Origin: Octopus vulgaris
Lineage: Eukaryota
DNA: 64,000 nt
Direction of reading: 5' to 3'
Assembly (NCBI GenBank): GCA_951406725.2
Contig: OX597814.1
Coordinates: 221,774,001 to 221,838,000 of the forward strand
Shown here: positions 55,304 through 64,000 of the stretch, piece after piece
Layout of the letters: the number at the start of each line of letters is the position of its first letter
Position numbering within the stretch: position 1 is the first letter of the stretch
Made by a program: the position numbers and the translations under genes
The notes under the pieces: generated by a model
Database searches by the model: none
What the model saw: the letters and a program-made list of their open reading frames with translations, nothing else
Told to the model about the DNA's origin: nothing

Positions 55304-56053
55304 TTGGGTTGTCCGGAAAGTTCGTGCCAATTTATAGTAGCTTACCTTTCGACTTATCTTAGAACATGGTTGAGTCCACAAAATAGGATTTGACTACACC
55401 TCCATTTAATGCACAGTTTAAGCTATATTTTCGTGGAAGAAGGTTTATGTTACTATAAGAATTATATGTATTATAGACATATATATATACACACATACAT
55501 GCATATCGTGCCGATTTATAGTAGCTTACTTTACGACTTATTTTAGAACATGGTTGAGTCCATAAGATAGGATTTGACTACACCTCCATTTAAAGCACAG
55601 TTTAAGCTATCTTTTCGTGGAAAAAGGTTTATGTTCCTATAACCTGTGTTAATTCTGTAACCCTTTAAAATAGATGATAACAAAGTTCATTTTCGGCACT
55701 TGCTGCTTTGGGAATCAGACAAAAATTGCTGCAGCTCAGCTGAGATATGTTACCCCACCCTCCATATTCACCAGATACTGCTCCTTCGGATTTCCACTTA
55801 TTCAGGTCTCTGCAGAATAGTCTAAATGGTAAAAATTTCAATTCCTTGGATGACGTAAAAAGATACCTTGATGAATTCTTTGCCATGAAACCACCTCAAT
55901 TTTGGGAAGAGGATATTTTCAAGTTAAAGGAAAGATGGAGACTCATTGTGCAACAAAATGGTTCATATTTGGTTGACTAAAAATGTAATGGCAAGTATTT
56001 ATTGAGCTTTTTCTTTCCTTTAAAAATCGGCACGAACTTTCCGGACAACCCAA
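55304..56053 (+). mobile_element. Internally deleted mariner element with intact TIRs
   Basis: TA|TTGGGTTGTCCGGAAAGTTCGTGCC...GGCACGAACTTTCCGGACAACCCAA|TA; LPHPPYSPDTAPSDFHLFRSL catalytic C-terminus. Confidence 0.95.
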
Positions 56054-56582
56054 TATATATTTATAAACCTATATATCTATATATATATACATATATATGT
56101 GTGCATGTGTGTGTATGTGTGTGTGTATATGTCTGCGTGTGTGTGTGTGATATTTTGGACTAGTGAGCATATGTCGAATAGTGTATGGAAATGTTTAGTA
56201 AAGAACTGGCACAGTTTGGGCTACCTAGTGTCATCCACAGTTGGGGTATATTTCCGTTGGAACTACTCCAGGAACTCCGCAGCGTTAATTGAGATAATAA
56301 TCGATAAAGTAAACTGATCATTTTCACTCATCCCCTAACTCATCCCCAACTGAAGAGGGCAAATAATAACATGACAGCCTAAACTCAAGATCTTCAAGGA
56401 GACACCATTTTACGCAGAAATATACCTGATCTGACCCAGACTACAAAATTGATGTAACATAATATGATGCACAGCATCCCACCCATAAAGGAGAGTCGCA
56501 GAACGGGTCGAAAAGGTCGTGGTACAAAATAAAGAGTTATACCAATTCCTTCTTCTGTTTACTTAGTCGACTATGTATGTAC

Positions 56583-56647
<65 letters not shown>

Positions 56648-56711
56648 TATATATATATACATACATATATATACATATATATACATACATATATATACAT
56701 ATATATACATA

Positions 56712-56788
<77 letters not shown>

Positions 56789-56797
56789 AAAGTAAAT

Positions 56798-57080
56798 AAG
56801 TAAATGCTATTTGCCAACATAATGTGGCTGTCCTGTAAAGGACGATATTACAGTTGTTTCAGCCCCGAGAAACACTGTTTCTAGCTGGCTATACGACGTG
56901 ATATCCGTGTCTTTATATTTTCGAAAAGGAAGTGGAGATTCTGAACTCCCTGTTCGAAAATATTAGGATACAGATATTGTATCGTATAGCCAAATAGAAA
57001 CGATGTTTCACAAAGCTAAAACAACAGTAACATCGTCCCATACAGGGCAGCCACATTATGTTGGCAAATAGCCTTTACTT
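56798..57080. mobile_element. Fold-back element, ~135-bp diverged arms
   Basis: GCTATTTGCCAACATAATGTGGCTG / CAGCCACATTATGTTGGCAAATAGC; adjacent to (TA)n. Confidence 0.8.
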
Positions 57081-57461
57081 TAAAGAACTGTTACTGAATG
57101 TCTCTTTTTGATAGATTTAGATATAATGATATTTCTAATTGTAATTTTGAATTTACAACGAATAACACAACACTGCATATGTGGAGTATAGTTAAATGTA
57201 TTGTAGTACTGAGGTGCTTCTTATTTTATTGGTCTAAATTCCATGACTTTTCTAGCTAAATTACAAATGACAGTATTTTGGCCCAATTTCATAGGCAAAC
57301 ACTGCCGCTGACACGGAAATGTCTTGAGCAATTTCGAACAAAACTAATCATTAATATGTCATCAGTAACAAAATATTAAACTAATGGGGAACTGGCGTGA
57401 ATATCAATTAATATTCATAGTCAAGTAAATACTGAAATAATGATCTATTTCTCTATATATG

Positions 57462-57510
<49 letters not shown>

Positions 57511-57555
57511 CTATATCTATCTATCTATCTATCTATCTCTCTCTATATATATATA

Positions 57556-57830
57556 CTTTATTTAAAGCAGCAGAAAATTCAACAAAACCTGTTACTCTGA
57601 GTTTCACGTTGCCGTTCATCGGACGGTTTTTGCTAGAATAGAACCGATATGTCGATTCTATCCAGACATATCGGTTCTCTCTAGCAAAAACTGTCCGATG
57701 AACGGCAACGTGAAACTCAGAGTAACAGGTTTTGTTGAATTTTCTGCTGCTTTAAATAAAGCATATTACTCTACCATTGGTATTTGAGTACTCTTTTTTC
57801 CACCTTGTTTCACATTTATATATTTACTCC
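57556..57830 (+). mobile_element. Fold-back element, ~97-bp arms, each carrying a hammerhead
   Basis: Arms 57556-57653 and 57665-57761, near perfect; TA-rich flanks. Confidence 0.85.
57687..57733 (+). ncRNA. Minimal type I hammerhead with CCGAUGA core (mirror copy 57584-57630 on the minus strand)
   Basis: AAAACTGT-CCGATGA-ACG GCAA CGT-GAAA-CTCAGAG-TA-ACAGGTTTT. Confidence 0.75.
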
Positions 57831-58629
57831 GGTGTATCTATATATATAACGTGCACAAACATAAATGCACATATGCATACACACACATGCACACATACAC
57901 ACCACATACACATACTCATTGGCAAACGCACACGTACACACACGCACAGATGCACATGCATAAACGACAGAGGTGTACATAAGAAACGGAAAGACCAAAC
58001 CAGATATAAACTTGTAAATCAAGCAGAAAGAAGTTAAATGAGAAAAATCTTTCGATAAATGTTTGCAGAGTGAGACGGGGGAAACACTATCAATTACAAG
58101 TCGCATAACCAGACTAAACAACGACAAATTACAGTGTAAAAACGATATGGACGATATTGTTTTACTAATCATCAGACGTCAAATAAACGTTTGAAATGGT
58201 TTCGAACCCCTAATGATGTTGCCTCAAATCATTTGGCAGTGTTAAGTAGCAAAGACTAGATGTCACAAGTAATAATTACTACTGGAATAGAAGTAGACAT
58301 ATGTATTTTACTTTCTGATTTACTTATTCCTGCGGCGGGTAATATGTCGACTGAATCAGACAAAATGTATTGTACTATTTTGTTGCTTCTCTTAAGATTC
58401 TTGTTTTAAAACTTGCTGTCATTGCTTTGAGACCAATAAAATGTACAATCTCACATGTAGTGTCATCAATAATGAAACACATTCCACGACACCTAAAATA
58501 TTAGTTTTATCTTCCTATGGTCATCTATTTTATTGTATTTTTAAGTAGTGAGATATAAATTACTTTTAATATAGTAAAATATCCTACATGTATGTATGAA
58601 GCAAAACTTCTTATTTTCTTATACAGTTC

Positions 58630-58925
58630 TATATTAAAGAGAGGAGGAATTGTGTACACGGGCATATGGCATAGTGGTAAAGAGCGCGGTCTACTAACCC
58701 CAAGATTCCGAGTTCGATTCTAGGCAGTGACCTGAATAGTAATAATAATAATAATAATAATAATGATAATAACAACAACATCGAAAAATGCCTTAAGAAT
58801 GAGAACCCAGGTAGAAATTTCCCCAAGACACCTGATAAAGGCTGGAGGATAAAGCCGAAACGCTATATTAACTACAAAGAAGATGAGGACAAATATCCAT
58901 CAAATGAAAATAATGTAAATGATGT
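58630..58925 (+). mobile_element. tRNA-derived SINE with (AAT)n spacer and hammerhead-derived tail
   Basis: A box TGGCATAGTGG (58667), B box GTTCGATTC (58712), GACAC-CTGATAA-A-GGCT...AGCC-GAAA-CG (58827-58869). Confidence 0.75.
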
Positions 58926-59892
58926 CCTTATTTTCTTGTACTTTTTGGCGTGTAACCTTCAATGAACTTTAACACAGAAAACTTATAAAGAGTAGGAAGT
59001 CAGCATAACGATGTTACCTGATATGCGATTCACATACTTACTAATCCTGATATACCATGAAACTTCTGAGTTCGAGAACGAAATATTTATTCCGGTACAA
59101 AATATTTACTGGATGCAGAGTAGTGGTCTGTTGATATACATATTATTATGGGAAGATATACATTAAAAACTCGGTTCCAAGAAAGAATTAAAGTTAGAAA
59201 TGCAATGCACTTTACTTAATAAAATATAGCCTCACGTTTAGTACTCTGCCACTTGTATCAATGTTCGAGTCTTGTGTTGATCTCCATGTTGTGCTAAATT
59301 GAACGTATTATTTAAAAAATTAATTTTGCAGAAAACTGATTTTTCATGCTTGAAGTGGGAAATCTCTGATCTTTGTTAGCCAGCAAGATGGCAGACACAG
59401 ATGAGGTCACATCAATGAAGAATAGTCTTTTCAAGCTTGGTTTGCTTTATGCATAGTGATTTTTACAAGTAGAGAAAGAGTCGGCAAGAATTTTGGCGTG
59501 TGTAGTTTTCGTCATTACAAAACATACTTCAGAAAAAAATTATCTGCTTACTAATCAAATTCAGACGTCTGTGATTCAAGTTTAATAAACGAGAAACATG
59601 AGTAAAGCCGTTAACTTTAAGCTAATAATATCCATGTATTTTCACGTAAGTACGAAAATTCGATTTTCTGTGAAATTAATTCTTAATTACTTCGAATTAT
59701 TTCTCTTTATCTCTCTGAAAATCGCATGTGTGTGTGTGTGTGTGTGTTTTTTAATTTTAATCTTTTTTTCAATTTTTCTAAAAAGTACAAGTCTCAGTTC
59801 ACCGAGACTTAATGACATTTAATACTTCAGTATCTAAAAAAACTATTTAAATTCATGCTATTAACTCACTTGAGTTAGTTTCCTTCACTCAC

Positions 59893-59945
59893 CTTCAAAG
59901 TTTTTCAAGCCTTTCTTTAGTTGCAGAATGTGGATAAGATGGGAT
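59893..59945 (-). other. Candidate 53-nt exon
   Basis: Long pyrimidine tract, CTCTAAC branch-like motif, CAG acceptor; AAG|GTGAGT donor. Confidence 0.45.
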
Positions 59946-60284
59946 CTGGTGGTGATGGTTAGAGAAGTGTAAGAGAAAATGAAGTAGGAAGTGGAGAAGG
60001 AGAATTTATAAGAATACTGAAAAATAATCATGATACAGAACAAGTGGATTTTCATATACATACAACAATACATACAATACTATATACATACACGCACGCA
60101 CGTACACACTCACGCACACACTCACACACGCACACACGCATATACTCACACACGCATACTATATATATATATAAATATATGTAGATGCAACACATCTATC
60201 TTTATGTATACATTTCTTTGTGTATAAGTATTTACTCATATGCATATATACATGCATATATTTATCCATCCATCCATCCATACA

Positions 60285-60700
60285 CATACATACATACACA
60301 TACATACACATACATACATACATACATACATACATACATACATACATACATAAATACATACATACATACATACGTACGTACATACATACATACATACATA
60401 CATACATACATACATACATACATACATACATACATACATACATACACACATACATACATACATACATACATACATACATACATACATACATACATACATA
60501 CATACATACATACATACATACATGCATGCATACATACATACATACATACATACATACATGCATGCATACATACATACATACATACATACATACATACATA
60601 CATACATACATACATACATACATACATACATACATACATACATACATACATACATACATACATACATACATACATACATACGTACGTACATTCATACATG
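60285..60700. repeat. Long (TACA)n microsatellite
   Basis: Directly visible. Confidence 0.95.
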
Positions 60701-61270
60701 CATACATATGTACGTGTAAGCATACATACATATATACAGACATACGTATTTACGTAAGTATGTAGGTACGTATGTATGCATGAGAGTAGAGTGAACTTGC
60801 TGACAGACTGAATCAAAAACAAGAACAGAAGAAAAGTGAGAGTAGAAAAAAAAAGAAAGTAGATGAGAGCTGGCGCGGAAGAGGAGGAAACGAACAGTCA
60901 AGAAAAGAGGCTGCATATGATTAAGCTAGAAAAACACAGATACAGGAAGATAGCGTGAGAAGAAAAATTACATGTCTGTTTGAGTATATAAATATATATA
61001 TGCTTGTGTTTTTGTGTGTGTGTGTGTGTGTGCACGTGTATGTGTGTGCATGTGTGTGTATGTGAGTGTGTTTGTAAATTCATTTGAATGCAAGAATGTA
61101 TGTTTGTATATATGTGTATATATATATATGCATACATATGTATACGCATATATATGTATATATATATATAAATATATACATATATATGTAGACACACACA
61201 CACAAACACACACATATATATATATATATATATACATACATATATATATGCACACATTATGTATGTATGC

Positions 61271-61313
<43 letters not shown>

Positions 61314-61380
61314 CATATGTATATATGCAAATACGTATCTATATATATATATACTTATATACATATATATATATGTACAT

Positions 61381-61423
<43 letters not shown>

Positions 61424-61772
61424 AAACGAGAAAAAGAGAGAGTGGAAGTGGGAGATAGAAACATTGATATCTGGAGAAAGAAAGAAGGGTAGGGTGAAAG
61501 GGGTTGATATACATGCGCATATAGGAGAGACAGAGAGAAAGAAAAGCCGACAGCGGATATGGTCATAATTTTATGCACTTAAATGTGTGTATGCGCGCGC
61601 GCGTGTGTTTCTTAATGTGAAGGAAAGCGGTTCTGGATCCTGTTTACTTGTTTCTGTTGAATTAGACGGCTTTAGATATCACAGAAACACTGTTTCCGTT
61701 ATGGATAGGGTATGTCTACAACTGTCAAAATTTACAGCATAAATCGTCAACAGTCAGAATACTCATACATAC

Positions 61773-61818
<46 letters not shown>

Positions 61819-61912
61819 GTGTGTGTGTGTGTGTGAATAAACACGCACGTAGACACACACACATATATAATATATATACGTATATATGTGTATGCGTGTG
61901 CGTGAGTGTGTG

Positions 61913-62218
61913 TGAAGGTGCGTGTCTAGATATTCAGTTCACGATCTTAAATTCGTGAGTTCCATAACTGGCTGTGTGTTGTGTCCTTGAGCAAGATGCT
62001 TTATTTCATGTTAGTCCAGTTCACTCAGCTGGAAAAAATGGTCAGTATTTGTATTCTAATGGACTAGCCTTGTCTCATTCAGAATCACGTCGAATCTCTC
62101 TGAGATATGTGTTCGCGTGACTGTCGAGTTCTCGGCTACTTGCACTTTAACTTCACGAGCAGGCTGTTCTGTTGATCGGATCAACTAGAACTTTCGTCTT
62201 CGTAACCGACGGAGTGTC
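61913..62218 (+). mobile_element. Degenerate CORE-type SINE
   Basis: GTGTCCTTGAGCAAGATGCTTTATTTCA and a 3' tail shared with 8733-8990. Confidence 0.7.
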
Positions 62219-62245
62219 AGTAAGTATGCATGTATATATACATAC

Positions 62246-62329
<84 letters not shown>

Positions 62330-62515
62330 AAGCAAAGCGTTTATAATTATGAACAAGTCATAATTATATCTAAGAGGTTTATAAAACCCTTGCATGTTAA
62401 AGATAGCAACCAAAACCTTTATAAAAACATGATATCACTCATATTTCTCCTCGTGATAAGACCTATCTTTGGGCGACATGGCAAATAGAATCCACACCTT
62501 GAAAATAACAGGTTA

Positions 62516-62580
62516 ATTTCCTACTGCAATTTCGGCATTAGGGACCTCTTAAGGGACCCATTCGCCTCGCCAGGGGAAAT
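62516..62580 (-). ncRNA. Degenerate type I hammerhead motif
   Basis: Minus strand: ATTTCCC-CTGGCGA-GGC...GCC-GAAA-TTGCAG-TA-GGAAAT; in a segment starting at a (TA)n boundary (62325). Confidence 0.65.
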
Positions 62581-63069
62581 ATTCCTATAGACAGAAGTCA
62601 AAACAAGACTTTACCTTGGTGGTAGCATGAATCCCGACCGGCAATAGAAATGTTTTCACCTCTATCTACTCAATCTTCTGTATATTTTATGATAACATGT
62701 TTGGCTATTGATATATTCATAAATCATCTTAATTATTTATAATATATGTTCCGTAATGTCTTTATATTACTCTCTACTTATTTAAATTTTCCTTACTCAT
62801 ACCTGGTAATTTTGCCGTGGCTTGTAATTACTAGTCTTTCACATAAATTCTGTCCGTGATAATTGAATTCAAAACTTTATTGTATAGATGGAGGTGAAAA
62901 GATCTCTGTTGCTGATCAGGATTCTTGCTAGCCCCAAGGTAAAGTCTTGTGTTGATTTGACAAAGTCCAGTGCCAATCGTCTCGCGTGCTGTCACGCTGG
63001 ATTGTCTGAAGCGATCATGGAGCTGTTGCAGGTGGCGCTCTCTGTGGGCATGATCTGCAGTGCTTTTTG

Positions 63070-63700
63070 TGTTGGTTATTCTACTTCTAGTAATGTTGGT
63101 AATATTATTTCTTCATTTAATAAATTTAGATTAAATAAATTCAACAAAAATAAATTAAATAATGATTCCAATAATAATAATAAAGACTACGATATAATTT
63201 ATTGTACATGTAGAGACTACATGTAAATTCAATAATAAATGTGATTTGGATAATGTAGTTTATAAATGTATGGTAACTTTAATTGATGATAATAATACGA
63301 ATGATTATTACTTAAACGCTATCTACATAGGGTCGACTTCGAATAAAATTAAATTAAGGGTGGCTCAACACATGTATTCTTTTAGGAATAGAAATCTAAT
63401 TAATTCTAAAAGCCTCAGTAAATATATATGGGAACTTAAATCTAAATGTATTAAATATAAATTAACTTGGGAGATAATTTGTAAGGTAAAATCTTATCGT
63501 ATTGGTAGTAATTCTTGTTTATTGTGTACTAATAAATTTAAGGAAATATTATTTAATAATAAATATGTGTTGATTAATTCCGTAGATGAGCGTAAAATTA
63601 AATGCAAACATAAATTAAATTATTTAGTTTAGCTAATTTTTCCGTATATATAAAACTCTATTTTATGTTACTAATTTATTGTAGATATAATTTAAGTAGT
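63070..63700 (+). mobile_element. AT-rich PLE GIY-YIG fragment (Naiad-like)
   Basis: CTCR...NVVYKCMV...YIGSTSNKIKLRVAQHMYSF...LSKYIWELK...WEII...CLLC...CKH. Confidence 0.85.
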
Positions 63701-64000
63701 ATTAGTGTATTGATTAGCATGATTTTATATGTTATATTACAATATTTGAATATGTTTAAACTTGGATATTTCTCAATAATTAAATAAATATATAAATTTA
63801 TTAAGATCTATTAACTATAGTAATATAAATTAATTCAAATATATTATATATATTTTACGTATTATAATATCAATTATTTGGACTTTAAATTTTCCAGTAA
63901 ATAGTCATTGTAAATAGATTTGTTGTTCTATTATTCTTTGATTCTAAAAGCTTAAATATATTTCGTCATTTTCATTAATACATTTATTCTATTTTTACAC

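Overview
Eukaryotic, AT-rich, microsatellite-saturated DNA. The repeat families look like coleoid cephalopod (Octopus-type) intronic or intergenic sequence; this is an inference, not a database result. There is no intact host gene, no rRNA or genuine tRNA gene and no CRISPR array. Most ORFs in the track are translated microsatellites. The window is a mosaic of mobile elements: one near-intact CR1-group LINE (40.5-44.1 kb, one frameshift, ORF1 with two CCCH fingers), R4/Dong-like, RTE, Tx1 and CR1 fragments, many Penelope-like (PLE) fragments, Tc1/mariner and Tigger remnants, non-autonomous Helitrons and many tRNA-derived SINEs. The most striking hidden signal is about a dozen type I hammerhead ribozyme motifs of different sequence families, with short palindromic stem III. 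They sit in short non-coding, often fold-back elements inserted in (TA)n or (ATT)n tracts, including one tRNA-SINE with a hammerhead tail. Three small candidate exons on the minus strand suggest the window lies in the long 5' introns of a host transcript. Most boundaries were estimated by eye.
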